From positions 95,914,001-95,978,000 of the forward strand of contig OZ024742.1 of assembly GCA_964016885.1 (NCBI GenBank): a stretch of DNA of 64,000 nt. Reading direction: 5' to 3'. Every line of letters starts with the position of its first letter. The stretch's first letter is position 1. Shown piece after piece: positions 1 through 13,207 of the stretch. A program made the position numbers and the translations under genes. The notes beneath the pieces are model-generated. The model searched no databases and was not told the origin of the DNA. It saw only the letters and a list, made by a program, of their open reading frames with translations. This stretch comes from Eledone cirrhosa. Taxonomy: Eukaryota.

Positions 1-1690
1 TAGGAGAAATGTCCTCCATAGTGTCAACATGGTGTCTCGGTCTCTTGCCTGGAAAGTCCTCAAGATCCAGCCAGCGAGTCGTCTGCACATTGTCACCACT
101 TTCATGATGTGTGAGGAAAAAGATGCATCATCGCTCATGTCTATACCCAGGTCTCATATTGATTTTGACATGGGGATATCGGTCCCTCCTGGTCCTGCAT
201 AACTGTGTTGTACTGTATTTGTGTTTGCAGGTTTGTATTGTAGGGTTTGGAATTTGCCAGCATTAAACTGCATGTTGTTGTCTTCTACCCATTTGTATAT
301 GGCATCCAGATCTTGTTGTAAAAGGGCAGCGACAGTCGGGTTTTTGATTGCTTGTGCTACCTTAGTGTTTTAACAGAAAGAATGGTTGATGTATATATAT
401 ATTTTAAAGAAGTATTTCATACTTATATACTCCTCCGTCTTAGCAGTATTATATAGATGTAGTATTCCTATTATTACCAGTTTAGCAGAGTTATAGATGT
501 AGTAATTTAATAGTTATAGTGCCATGAGTAACCAGTTTGGTAGAAAGATAGGATAGGAATATCAACAACGACTTTAACATGTTTTACATTATTTATTAAC
601 AAAGGTTGAACTGAGTAGAGCTTAGTAGAGCAGGCATGCCAAGAGAAATAAAACAAACTAATTAAGATTTTCAGAAGGCACGGTCTACTGGCTGAAGTGT
701 TGCCAGGCCGTGGTTAGAGATTTCACGGCGAAAGAAAAATAGTTGTTTACATTTCCACGGTCAGGATGCAAGAGAGAGATTTCTCGAATTGACGCAGGAA
801 TTTTTCCCTCAGGGCACGTAGAGATACATTCTCCTCCGCTGGCGGTCATTGGCTGGGCTGAGCCAAATAAAGCATGGAGAATGTAGGTCACTACAGTGTC
901 ATCAGCATAGCTAGTGAGGGATGTTGTTGTATGTACTACAGAGGGTATGTCTGAGAGAGCCACTAAAAAGAGTAGTGGTCCCAGGACTGTGCCTTGGGGC
1001 ACCCCACTTGTTATTGATGTTTCCTTTGCTGCGACTGTCTGGCTTCTGTCCTTTAAGAAGTCGTGCAGACACTCACCTACTTTTCCAGTTATGCTGAGTT
1101 CACGTAGTTTGTGACATATCATTCCGTGGTCGACCTTGTCAGAGGCCTTTCGCAAAGTCAAGATATATCACGTCCAGCAGTTGTTTCAGTACCCAGTCGT
1201 AGTGATATAGCAGCTGTGTAAGGCAGCTTCTTCCCGGGCAAAAGCCATGCTGCGTGCTAGTCAGGCAGTCATTTTCCTCAAGGAAAGTGATCAGTTTCTT
1301 TCTGATGACTCGCTCCATGATCTTACTGATATGAAACATCAGGGAGATTGGCCTATAGGTTTTGGCCTCCGCTCTGCAACCTCCTTTATGGATAGGGCAT
1401 ATTGTGCCTTCTCTCAGCTCCCTGGGTAGTATACCGCTAGCCAAGGAGCTTCTGAAGAGCATCTTCAGTGGAGTTGCTAAGGCCCGCTTACATGTTTTTA
1501 AGAGGACTGCTGGGAATCCATCAGGTCCAGCAGCTGAGTCTATTCTAATTTCATCTATGGCGTGTACCACATCTTCCTCCATTATGTCTATGTGGTTGAT
1601 GGTCGCCATTTCTTCATGTAGTGTTTTGGCATCAAAGAACTCCTCTGACTTTGTTATTTGCTTGTGCCTCAGTGGACATGTGAACACACT
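1..1690 (-). mobile_element. CR1/L2/Jockey-type LINE, RT region only; 5'-truncated, frameshifted, interrupted at 369-895; continues beyond window start
   Basis: Minus-strand translations give SAAGPDG, PIHKGG..YRPISL, QHGF..GRSCLTQL, YLDFAK/KASDKVDH, GVPQGTVLGPLLF and SYADDT. After the insert the frame resumes as KVAQAIK..LQQDLDAIYKWVEDNNMQFNAGKFQ. Confidence 0.9.
369..895. mobile_element. Solo-LTR-like insertion (527 bp) inside the LINE RT
   Basis: GTGT direct repeats at 365-368 and 896-899 (or AGTGT, 5 bp). Ends are TTTAACA...CTACA, i.e. TG..CA with one mutation. Removing it restores YADDTKVAQ. Confidence 0.65.
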
Positions 1691-1699
1691 TTTCTACTG

Positions 1700-1729
1700 T
1701 ATATGTACACATATATATACATATGTATA

Positions 1730-1817
<88 letters not shown>
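1700..1817. repeat. (TA)n microsatellite
   Basis: Direct inspection. Confidence 0.95.
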
Positions 1818-1820
<3 letters not shown>

Positions 1821-1904
1821 AAAAATTGAACAGGGACAGAACAGAGAGGCAGTACGACAAATGTTTATTAGATTCACGCTCAGGAGAGTGGGGGGTAGGT
1901 GGAG

Positions 1905-1938
1905 GACGACGTTTCGGGCATAAGCCCTTCTTCAGGTA
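1905..1938 (-). ncRNA. Minimal hammerhead-like motif in Penelope pLTR
   Basis: CUGAAGA-A-GGGC UUAU GCCC-GAAAC-GUC; stem I is weak. Confidence 0.6.
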
Positions 1939-2770
1939 AGAGTTCAAAAGGTGTGTAGGGGAGTGGTGGAGAGACATATAGCGAAAGGAAACGGTGCGAA
2001 TGAAAAATTAACAAATAAAGACAAAAATATAATAAATAATAAATAAAAATAAAGCAGGATCAAAATACAAGGAATGAGAACATTTAAAAATAAAGGCATG
2101 ATCAAAATAAACTGAAATTAAAAGGGGGGTAAACAGGTGGTGGAAGGGTGTGGGGTGAGTAGAGGTGGAGGCGGGTGGAGTGGGGAGAGGGAGACGGGGT
2201 GTCCGAGCGAGGAGGGCTGAAGGTGGTGTGTGTGGTTAGGTGTGCGTGTGTGTGTGTGTGTGTGTATGTGAAAGTGAGGGTTGGGGGAAGAACGGGGTTG
2301 CATGTTCAGGAAGGTGTGTGTGGGGAGTGTTTTTGTGTGTCGGAGGGTCTGTGCGTGTATGGATAGGGGGTGGGGGGAGAGGAATCAGGGGGCTGAGGGT
2401 GTAAATATGTGGTGGGAAGCACGTGTGTGTGGTTTAAGCGTGTTGTGGGTGTGGGTGGCGTGTGGATAAAAAAATTTGTTTTGGGATGTGTGTGTGGGTG
2501 AGTTATATAGGTGATGGTGTTAGAGGATGGTTGAAAAGTGGTAAGTTACACGGATGTATGGAGATTTTGGTTGGAAGTCAAAACGCGTGTGGGTAATCCA
2601 AGAAGCGGTGGTCGGAAGAGGAGAGATGTGGGGTGCGCGCGCAACAGGAAGTGGTCAGCAGTGGGAGTGCTGTGGTCAGTGGGTGCTGAGACAGTGGTCG
2701 GAAGGGCATAGCAGCAGTCAGCGGAATGGTAGGGAGGCGAGGATGGGTAGGTGTGAGAGTTGGAGTGAGG

Positions 2771-2808
<38 letters not shown>

Positions 2809-3287
2809 TATTAGTAGGGGTGTTAGTGGGATGAGTGAGTGTGGAGTGGGGAGAGAAGGGTGTGTGTGGTTCTATGGAGGGAGTGTGGTGTACTGGTGTG
2901 TGTGTAGTTTGGTGAGGAGGTGTTAGTGGGTGTTAGTAGAAGGGAGGTGGGGAGGGGTGGAATGCAGGTGTGAGTGGGGGTTAGTGGGGGTAGGGTGTGT
3001 AGAGTTGGTGGTGTACGAGGGTGTGTGGGTACGTGTGCGTGGGGTTGGAGGGTGTTAGTGATGTTAGTTGCGTGTGGGGTGGGTGGTGTAAGTGTGTGCG
3101 TGTGATAAGGAGGGGGGAGGAGGAGAAGAGGGGAGGGAAGGGATGTTAGTATGTTAGTTGGGGAAGGGTGGTTAGATGAGGGGTGGAGTGGGGGTGTTAG
3201 TATTGTTAGTGTGGGGTGGGCGGTGAAAAGGAGGGGTGTGTTAGTGGTGTTAGTGGGGGATAAGTGGGGGAGGGGGGCGGTCGAACG

Positions 3288-4490
3288 CTAAAGGAATAAG
3301 GGTGGGGAGTTCAGGCCGGGGGGGGGGGTCTGTAAGATGAAGATAGTACGTTGTTCGACCGTGAGGCGATGGGCGGGTGTTCCGTGGCACTGGAGTAGGC
3401 CACAGACTGTGAGATGGTGTGCGGAGTGTCCAGGGCCACCAAAGTGGCGGGCGATGGGGGAACTGCCCCCGAGACGAATGTCCCGGAGGTGCTCCGTGAC
3501 TCGGTCCGCCAGGCGGCGTCCCGTCTGTCCGACATAAGTCGCGCTGCACCTCGTGCAACGAAGTCCGTAGATTAGGTTGGAGGAGGTGCAGCGGAAGGCA
3601 TGCCGGACCGAGAGAGGGTGGCCGTTGGGACCCTGGAAGGTGGTGGTGTTGGTGATGTGGGGACAGGTGTTGCAGCGGGGCCTAGAACAGGGGAAGGAAC
3701 CGGGGGGGGGGAAACGGAGCGTGGGTTGGGGGGGTAGGGAGCTGTGGACGAGGAGGGTGCGGAGATTGCGTGCGCGTATGAAGGAGGGGAGTGGTGGGGT
3801 TGGGAAGATGTGGGAGGTGGAGGGGTCGGACTGGAGGTGTCGGAAGAGGCGGCGGATGGTGCGGTGGAGGGGTAAGGTGGAGGGGTGGTAGGTGATGGGG
3901 AAGGGGAGACGGTGGGTGGGTGTGCGGTGGCGTGGGGTGAGGGTGGTAGAGCGGGGGATAGCACGGGCGCGGGTGAGAGCGGTGTGGACGAGAGAGGGGG
4001 GGTAACCTCTGCGGATGAAATGGCTGACTAGGGAAAGGGCTTGGGACTCGAAGTCAGCATCTCGGCTACAGAGGCGGCGGATCCTGAGAAGTTGGGAGTA
4101 GGGAATGGAGAGTTTAGTGTGGGTGGGGTGGGAAGAGGTGAAGTCGAGGTAAGAGTGGGAGTCGGTGGGTTTGAAGAAGGCGGAGGTGACGAGGGAGTGG
4201 TGGGTGGGGTCGAAGGCGACGGAGATGTCCAAGAAGTGGACGTGGGTGGTGGAGATAGAGGTGGTGAAGTGGAGGGAGGGGTGGAAGGCGCAGAAGAAGG
4301 AGAGAAAGGAGTCGAGCTGTACTCGGGTGAGGGTCGTGGCTCCGATACAGTCGTCAATGTAACGACCGTACAGTTCGGGCGTGGGGCCGGTGTACTGGGC
4401 AAAGATTTGGGCCTCAACATGGCCAACAAAAAGGTTGGCATAGTTCGGGCCCATTCTTGTGCCCATGGCTACCCCCGTGACCTGTTGATA
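3288..4490 (-). CDS. Penelope-like RT (C-terminal half) plus GIY-YIG endonuclease; partial but open
   Basis: YQQVTGVAMGTRMGPNYANLF, YGRYIDD, HFLDI, FFKPTDSHSYLDFTSSHP, CSRPRCNTC, NLIYGLRCTRCSATYVGQTGRRLADRVTEH. Confidence 0.9.
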   Translation of the reverse strand, partial: YQQVTGVAMGTRMGPNYANLFVGHVEAQIFAQYTGPTPELYGRYIDDCIGATTLTRVQLDSFLSFFCAFHPSLHFTTSISTTHVHFLDISVAFDPTHHSLVTSAFFKPTDSHSYLDFTSSHPTHTKLSIPYSQLLRIRRLCSRDADFESQALSLVSHFIRRGYPPSLVHTALTRARAIPRSTTLTPRHRTPTHRLPFPITYHPSTLPLHRTIRRLFRHLQSDPSTSHIFPTPPLPSFIRARNLRTLLVHSSLPPQPTLRFPPPGSFPCSRPRCNTCPHITNTTTFQGPNGHPLSVRHAFRCTSSNLIYGLRCTRCSATYVGQTGRRLADRVTEHLRDIRLGGSSPIARHFGGPGHSAHHLTVCGLLQCHGTPAHRLTVEQRTIFILQTPPPGLNSPPLFL

Positions 4491-4568
4491 TATATATATA
4501 TATACATAGCGGCGATGAATTAGTTTTGCGAGGTTTTTTATATGAAATCGTGTGTCGAAACAGATATT

Positions 4569-5679
4569 GTTATATTTGGGGAGGGTCATATTTGCGTAAT
4601 ATTGCCAGAATTAATAACAGAACACACTCACTGTTTGGTTGGTTTTCGCTTCTCGCTGTCTTTTATATATATATATCTGCGATCTAACTTACTCGGTCCT
4701 CAATGTTGCCATTGACTGACCGGCGGTCAAAAATAATACAGATACAATATAGACACAAACACATATATATAGTTTACATAATTTACATAAATCTTTCGTT
4801 GCACATCTGCAACATCGTCAGTGGTGTTATATTCATTGTTCCTCCTGTTGTGTTGTATGTCTACGCCATTTTTTTTTTGTTCAGTCTGTCTATATATTTA
4901 TTTATTTATTTGCTTGTTTGTTTATCTTATTTTATTTTGTCTTCTTTGCGCATGCGTTTGCGTGTGTGTATAGTGTTATGTGTGATGTGTGACTAGTGTG
5001 TATAGTGTTGTGTCTGCTGGGTGACTAGTGTGACCCAGCAGATAGGCAAATCAGAGAGGCCAGTGAAATAGAAATTAGAAGACCAAAGCTAAACAGAAAG
5101 AATGAGTGGAACAACAACAACACCCAAACAAACAACACTGACCTAAGAGAAGTATAAATAAGGAAATAAAATTAAATAAAATAAGATAAATAAATACATA
5201 CACAAGCACATAAACACACACTAGTCACCCAGCAGACACAACACTATACACACTAGTCACACATCACACATAACACTATACACACACGCAAACGCATGCG
5301 CAAAGAAGACAAAATAAAATAAGATAAACAAACAAGCAAATAAATAAATAAATATATAGACAGACTGAACAAAAAAAAATGGCGTAGACATACAACACAA
5401 CAGGAGGAACAATGAATATAACACCACTGACGATGTTGCAGATGTGCAACGAAAGATTTATGTAAATTATGTAAACTATATATATGTGTTTGTGTCTATA
5501 TTGTATCTGTATTATTTTTGACCGCCGGTCAGTCAATGGCAACATTGAGGACCGAGTAAGTTAGATCGCAGATATATATATATAAAAGACAGCGAGAAGC
5601 GAAAACCAACCAAACAGTGAGTGTGTTCTGTTATTAATTCTGGCAATATTACGCAAATATGACCCTCCCCAAATATAAC
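4569..5679. repeat. Long inverted repeat; arms about 464 bp (4569-5032 / 5217-5679), each with an HHR core
   Basis: Arms are near-identical reverse complements; the ORFs at 4703+ and 5545- translate almost identically. Confidence 0.9.
5427..5454 (+). ncRNA. Hammerhead core (mirror copy 4794-4821 on minus)
   Basis: CUGACGA-U-GUUGCA GAUG UGCAAC-GAAA; stems I and III less clear. Confidence 0.55.
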
Positions 5680-6257
5680 TATATATATACATATGTACAT
5701 ATATATATATACATATGTACATTATACATACATATATATATTTTTATATATATATATATAAATAAAAACAATGAAGTTTTATTTACATGTATTTTAGTTT
5801 TTTACATCTAAACAAAACTTCACCATTTTTCTTAATATTCATACTCTGCCTATGCATCAAGTGCTCATTTTGGTACCACCACCAGTAATTCACCAAATCA
5901 CATACACTAAATATATATATATATATATATATATGCATGCATAAGGATGATTGTGTGTGAATGCATATGTCAGTGTGTATCGATGTATATATACCCTGTG
6001 TATATTTCAGCTTACCTCAAATGTTACCAAAATATCACCAACCCTACTGACATACAGTGGATCAGTTAAGTTTAAGATAGATAATATCTACACATTTGTA
6101 TGTACCCTTACTTACATCTTTTTATCTCTTTCTGCAGCTGCACTAGACTGATGCATGATTTCATCTTCTATCATATAGGGATGTATGTATAAGGTGTATG
6201 TATAAAGATGTATTTATAGGTGTATGTATAAAGATGTATGATATATGTATTATATGT

Positions 6258-6443
6258 ATAATTGTGTCTACTTTAGGCACAAGGCCAGCAATTACCCAGT
6301 GCATTACTGGTACTTTATTTTATCGACTTCATAAGGATGAAAGGCAAAGTCAACCTCGGCGGGATTTGAACTCAGATCGTAAAGGGACGTAACTATGCTG
6401 GAAAGCATGGCGTCCGACCCTCTACCGATACTGCCAATCCACC
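6258..6443 (-). mobile_element. tRNA-derived SINE, Meta-domain-like (family A)
   Basis: Sense reads A box TGGCAGTATCGG, B box GAGTTCAAATCC, core GTTGACTTTGCCTTTCATCC..GTCGATAAAATAAAGTACCAG, then ATT tail. Confidence 0.85.
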
Positions 6444-7559
6444 ATTATATGTATTATATGTATGAACAAGATATATGTATAAAGACGTGTATAAGATAAA
6501 GATGTATAAAGACGTGTATAAGATGTACAAGGATATATAAGATACATGTGTAAAGTATTAAGTATGCATGTATGTATGAAAATTGATGTATAAGATACAT
6601 ATAAAAGGATTTCAAATGAATTAGATAGGAGAAATATCATGAATTATTTATATTCTTTTTGTTTCTACTATAGCTATTATGGTCAGTGTGGTAGATAATG
6701 TCATTTCTGCTTTGTCTTATCTTTTGGGCTTGATTCTTAATCTTCAATCAGTTTGTGTGTGTGTGCATTTATGTATATGTATGTGCCTGTTCATGTGTGT
6801 GTGTCCATGTGTTAGTTTATCTATGTCAGTGTTAGTGTGCATGTGTGTTATTGTGTGTCTGAGTGTGCATGTCTATGCATTTGTGTGTGTATATGCAAAC
6901 TTTTGTATGTGTGTACATACATTTGTATGTGTAGGCATGTATTTGTCTATATTTATGTCTGTGTGCATTTGAGTGTGAGTGTGTGTGTTAGTATGTGCAC
7001 ATGTGTGAGTTTTAGAATGTTATCTAAGAAAAAATGTATAACGCTTCCAGAGAGGGGGGCAAGGCCTTTCTGTTGTTATTGTGTAATTGAAAGTAGGTGG
7101 TTTAGTGATTAGAGTCTCTGGCTCATGACCAAGAGGTCATTGCTTCATTTCCAAGACTAGAAAGTACATTGTCTTCTTGAGAAAAGCGCTTTATTTCACA
7201 TCACACCAGTCCATCCAACAGAATAAAATGAGTATTGCCATCAGCGAGAAGTTAACCATGTGATAGACCAGTTTTCGGTCAAGGAAGTGGTGGGGATATA
7301 TACTATCAATCTCTTAACAGATCATGAATCCAAGATATGCTCAGGTCTTAAAGATCTGTCAACTCAAAATAGATTTTAACTCTTTTGATACCAACATGCC
7401 TGATCATACTTTTGGCTTGAGGATATAAAACTGTCTTAAAACCAGCCACTGGGAGATAACAGTGTTGTATACAGTCCTCCCTTCAAGAGAAAAAACTTAT
7501 GCTCTTAGTCACTTAAAAATATTGTGAAACCAGGATCAGCTCTGGCCTTATGCACAAAA

Positions 7560-7935
7560 CAGGAATATATGTAAACAACAGGCATATCCCTGACCTTTGT
7601 AAGCACTCAGTAGTATGGGAATGTATGTAAGTAGGATGCAGATCCGCAGCCCGCATGGGCACTCAGTAGAGTGTAGGAAAATATGTAAGCAAGATGCAGG
7701 TCCCTGACCCATCTGAGAACTTGTTGAAATTCAGGAATGTATGTAAGTGATATTCAGGCCCGCTGCCAGTCTGAACACTTGGCTGAGTACAAGAACATAT
7801 GTGAGATGCAGACCCTTTGCTCACCTAAGCACTTATGTAAATGAGATTCAGACACTTGGCCCACATAAGAACTCAGTAGAATGCAGGAACATGTGTAAAT
7901 GAGATACAAGTTCCTTGTCAATCTGTTGGAGCAGT
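7560..7935. repeat. Degenerate ~58-bp minisatellite, about 7 units
   Basis: Recurrent GGAAtatATGTAAg..gATGCAG....cc....gcACTcagTaga. Confidence 0.6.
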
Positions 7936-10900
7936 AGCTCCACTTGAGTGATGACCTGTGCAACCCTTGCCAGCAGGGAAAGCAGATTTTAAATGATGGT
8001 GATGATGATGATGATTAGGTGATTTGTGTATATGATTGTGTGTGTACATATGTGTGTATGCATATATGTGGGCATGAATATATTTAGGTTTAATTTGGGA
8101 TATTGTTCATATATCATTAGCTTGAATATAATTTTAGGTTCCTACTTAAAGACATGTCAAGGCACATGGCCTATTGTTTAGGGTGTTGGACTCATGAACA
8201 TAACAAAGATAAAACACCTCTTCCCCTTACATATTTCCATTAATTTTTAGTCAACTTAAATTTTGGAGTTATTTCCCTTGACCCATTTCAAAAGAATCAT
8301 TATTAACATTAATGACTTTTCTTTTCATTACGGATATAATTTCATTTGATTAAAAATTCTTTTTATCTCACCACATTAAATATGCTAGCCCATACTTAAC
8401 TACAAGTTCATCATGCAGAAAGCACACCTGAGAAATATTCATATTAATGGATTCAGCAGAAAACGTAAAACTGAAATACTATTGAAATATAATATCAACA
8501 AGCTCGACCCGAATATACATTCTCTCCGATTCAGCAGTTTTAAAACCTGCTTCAACGACAAAATGTGAACAAAGAATTTACAGTTGAATAGCCTCTCTAT
8601 CTAACAGAAAATTTCTCGTGTATAGAATAAAATTAATTAAAATTTAATCTCCCCATCCCCTCACCACTAACTATCATAATTGCCACAATACTGTCATATA
8701 TGATGTTGAAGTTATTCCTGTGATCATTGTATTAGAAAGTAAAATGATATAATATGAAATTCCATTTGATATTATAAATTTTCCATTGGTCTTATACTAC
8801 ACATTATGATAGTGTTATATTTAATATACTTTTATATTCTTCAACATTCGAGATTATGGGGAATAAAACGAGTGAAAAGATTATTAAAAATTTAGTTTAT
8901 ATTTGAGAATTAATGTCTGCGAAACTTCTTATTCAAATTAATGGAATCGCAAGTCATCTGAGCATTATACTGTGATAACAATACAGTCGGTTTATTTTAA
9001 CAGAACACCAACACCAACACCACAAACTATAAAGGCACAGACCATTATGTTTGGATGTATTAATTCATTGTGGTTATTATCTCTTTCTTTCACTCTTTCT
9101 CAATATAGTGGTATATATATATATGTGTGTGTATATATATATTTATGAATGTATGTATATGTATACATACATATATATATGCACACATACACACAGACAT
9201 ATATATATATATGATATGACCCCCCCCCCCTCCAGACTTCTGGTGTCATGATAAAAGTCCACTCATCCCACACTGTAAACTTGGCAACAAGATTGATAAG
9301 CAACAGAGCACAGCACTATCAGAGTATATGTGGTGGCTTAAGCAGGATGGAATACAATACTCTTTGTCATACTCAACACTTGCAACGGCATGACTGTATG
9401 TGAGTGGATCTTTTCACATGGTTACGATCTTTGCATTATCAAAGCTATGCATATTATAATGGGTGGGACCCAAATAATCAAGAAACACCCAGACTTCTTT
9501 GACACATGTAGACACAAAACATCTAAAACTTCCCTCAGGATATGTAATTAGCTTTGTTCTTAACCTTTAATCTTGCACTCCCACCTCTTATCTAAATAAT
9601 TACTTAACTTTGAAACCCCTAGTAATTCATTGTTGATACACTGGCCTATCCTTCTTATGGATGGCCAAGCCCTTCTACTTCCCTTAGATAGCTCTACTAA
9701 TTCTCCTATATTACCTCAATTCATTAGACATATTACACCTTGATTCATTAGTTTACAAACATTATCCACCCACACTGTGGGAAATATTTACCCGCACTGA
9801 TACCTATGGGTATTATATCTGCCCTGTATGCATGCTTGATGCATAGCCTACTTATACTCATATATTTGCATATTTGGATGTACCAAACTGCTATGCAATC
9901 ATCACTTCTGTACTTAGATATCATCATCATCATCATTTACGTCCGCTTTGATGATGATGATATCTAAGATATGACAGTGTATAACAATTGCATGTATACA
10001 TGTTTGATGATATATATACATATATGTATAAATATGTATACATTTATTCGTTTAAATTTGGTGGTTTACCACTGGGTAGAATTGCTCATTCTGCAATGTT
10101 AACCATGACGTAATATTAGAAAAGCACTTGATGTTATGCAACTCATCCATCTCTGATGTTGGATCATGTTGCTGGTGTGGGAACGGAGTCAAATATATTA
10201 TAAAGTAAAATGACAGGAGGCCAGACAAGTTGAATTTCATTAATTATTTATTTTGGCAAACACTATGTACATTTCAGTGGAAAAGATCAGCTATGTTACC
10301 AGCGCTTGGGTCTGTCCACTCTCCTTGAATGCTTGGAAATAGATTAAATTTCCCTTTTCTTCGGTATACCGTAATACTTGGAATGGTCGGTGGGCCTTTC
10401 GGCAGGCCCTGGGTGTATTTTTTTTGGAGGGGTGTCACTATTTCAGTTGTTGTTAACCGCCATACCATACTACTTATATAGTATAGTGTGAGACTATCTC
10501 ACACTCCATAGGAATATAACACTGACCTGTGAGGGGAACCCAAAGCAAATAGTGACTTAGCTTAGGTCAACTAACATTGTGTCACATAACTCTATAATTA
10601 GAGTCATTAATGTAACTGGTCTTTCTAATTGGTGATTGCCTAGCACACGGTACTTCACCAGCCAACTATACGGTCTCTACTTATGTAATTAAATTTTAAA
10701 CATTTTTAAACATTCAATTTTAATTTTCAATTCCTAAAATTTACTATAACTTTAACTTCTTAACAATTTTAACCATTAATTTCTCTTAAGTTCTGAATTT
10801 TCTCTACTTGTTATGTCCCTAAATTCACCCCGTCTAATGTATACTTTCTGTTGGAGTGTATAGACCTTAGCTTGACCTAGGCAGATTACCATTCTCTGTA

Positions 10901-11241
10901 ACCCATGCTAGCATGGAATATGGACGTTAAACGATGATGATGATGTAACACAATATTCTTTAGACCTCCACTTTTTTGGCCTGTTGTCCGAATGTTGTTA
11001 GAATTGAGAGGTAGTAGTGAATTACTCAATAAGCAGTACATCCCCTACCCGCTGAGCAAACTAACTGAAAAGATCCGATGAAGATAATCACTCAGAGATG
11101 ACGAAGCATAATAACAACATGCAGCTTCGATCGTCTCTGGATCAAATGCAAGAACACATTTTTGTTCTTTGTTTTTTTTCCTTAAAGACTCTTGGAATGT
11201 GTTTACCATTATTCCATTAGTATACATCAGTTATGCAATTT

Positions 11242-11299
11242 ACACCTGAAGGTGTCACCAGGTTCTTACGTAACCTGGCCACTGAAATGTCCTTAGTGT
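11242..11299 (+). ncRNA. Degenerate type I hammerhead
   Basis: ACAC-CUGAAGG-UG..CCAGGUU/AACCUGG..CACU-GAAA-UGUCCU-UA-GUGU. The related minus copy near 10200-10290 has palindromic GAAAUGUACAUA. Confidence 0.5.
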
Positions 11300-12732
11300 T
11301 TGCAGAAAAAAATAATTAAGGACATTCAACCTGTCTGGCCTTCTTTCCTTTTACTTTAAATATATATATTTATATATATACCCGTGTATTTATGTGCATA
11401 TGCATGTGTATTGGTGAACGTACATCTTTATACATATTTTTAAATATTACTAGATCACACTGTCACAGAAATCTTTGTATACTATCCTTAAATGCACAAC
11501 ACACACACCCTTATTCCCATATCTACCACCGAGGAACATGCTAAACTTCTTTGAGTTTAAATTTGGCAGTAGGAGAACAGCAAATGCTGAATGTCAAAGC
11601 TGCCCATGACTGGGCCTAAGTATACAAAAATAAGAAGAAAATAAATAATTAAATTTACCAGCCTACTTTTTATCCCTGATGACCAGCATTAGTAACTTGA
11701 CACTTTTAGTCTTGCAACATACTTCCATCACTTACTTCTAACAAGTTGTATTTTTCCAAACCTGGCCTGCTTCTTGCCAATGTTTGTACCTCATATGCTC
11801 ACTTACAGCTGAATTGCCAACATTGTGTTCCATACTGTGGTGAGCATATTAAAAATAAAAGAAAATAATATTACACCTAATTACTTGTTTGATGACAACA
11901 CATCAACTAATAATGCACAACAAATTTGATGTATACATGGTGCCATCTTGCAGGCATCATACAGTCATCCTTTTGTATGTAGGGAGAAACCTTTGTTGTC
12001 AACAGTGGGAGTAGTTCTCTAAACTTCTATCCTATCCTTATTCTAGCTATTATGCTCTTGCAGCAACCTCCTCCAATGCTAAATTACATACAAAGCCTTC
12101 CCTTAGTCTACTATATCATCTGCAAAGAGATGTTCCCATGGATAGCCAGTCTTAAAGTCATCTACGGACTGAGTGGGAGGAAGCTACAAATTAGAAAGAA
12201 GGTCTGACATCAGGATGCTGAATTTCAAAAATAAGAAAGAGAAGAGAAAACAGAATCGAAGTTGTAATGATGTGATGCTGGAAAAGTGGGCATAAATTTA
12301 AGATAAACACTAGTAGAAATACAATCCTCTGTATAGTTTATTACTGGTGTAATTGTTTCTAATTCAGGTACAAGGCCAACAACTTTGAATGAGGAAAACA
12401 GTCAATAAAATTAAACTGAGCACTTGGTTGGTACTTTATTTTATTGACCCAGATAGATAAAAAGTGAATTTGACCACTGGGATTAAAACTCAGTGTGGAA
12501 AGAACAGGAACAAATATCTTTAAGCATTGTGTCTGACACTCTAATAACTCTGCCAATCTATCACATATATGGATGTCTATCAGAATTTATACATGTACAC
12601 ATATACAGAGGAAAATAGATTTTGTTTCTTTTTAAACCTCATACAGAGGTAAAAAAGTGACTGTTTCTGCAGGGCTGGACCTTGACTTGCTGAGGCCTTA
12701 AGCTATAAGAAATTTGAGGCCTATCTCTAAAA

Positions 12733-13156
<424 letters not shown>

Positions 13157-13161
<5 letters not shown>

Positions 13162-13207
13162 AAGCAAAGAATTGCTGCTTTCACCCTTAGCGGGATCTTC
13201 TGAAACT
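13157..13207 (-). ncRNA. Hammerhead-like motif with variant core CAGAAGA
   Basis: AGUUU-CAGAAGA-UCCC GCUAA GGGU-GAAA-GCA..UGC-UU-AAACU; all three stems can pair. Confidence 0.55.

Larger units (their letters stand above)
1818..4490 (-). mobile_element. Penelope-like retroelement (Poseidon/Neptune-type), 5'-truncated, flanked by (TA)n
   Basis: RT plus GIY-YIG ORF, long C-rich 3' region, and a pLTR end with an HHR-like core near 1905-1938. Confidence 0.9.

Noticed and set aside
3572-4523. Pro/Ser-rich and Gly/Glu-rich overlapping ORFs (also 58811-59203)
   Set aside because: Alternative frames of a C/G-skewed element; no independent evidence.
4491-4589. N-terminal extension and ATG of the 433-aa Penelope ORF
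   Set aside because: It lies in the TA tract and the adjacent palindrome, not in the element.
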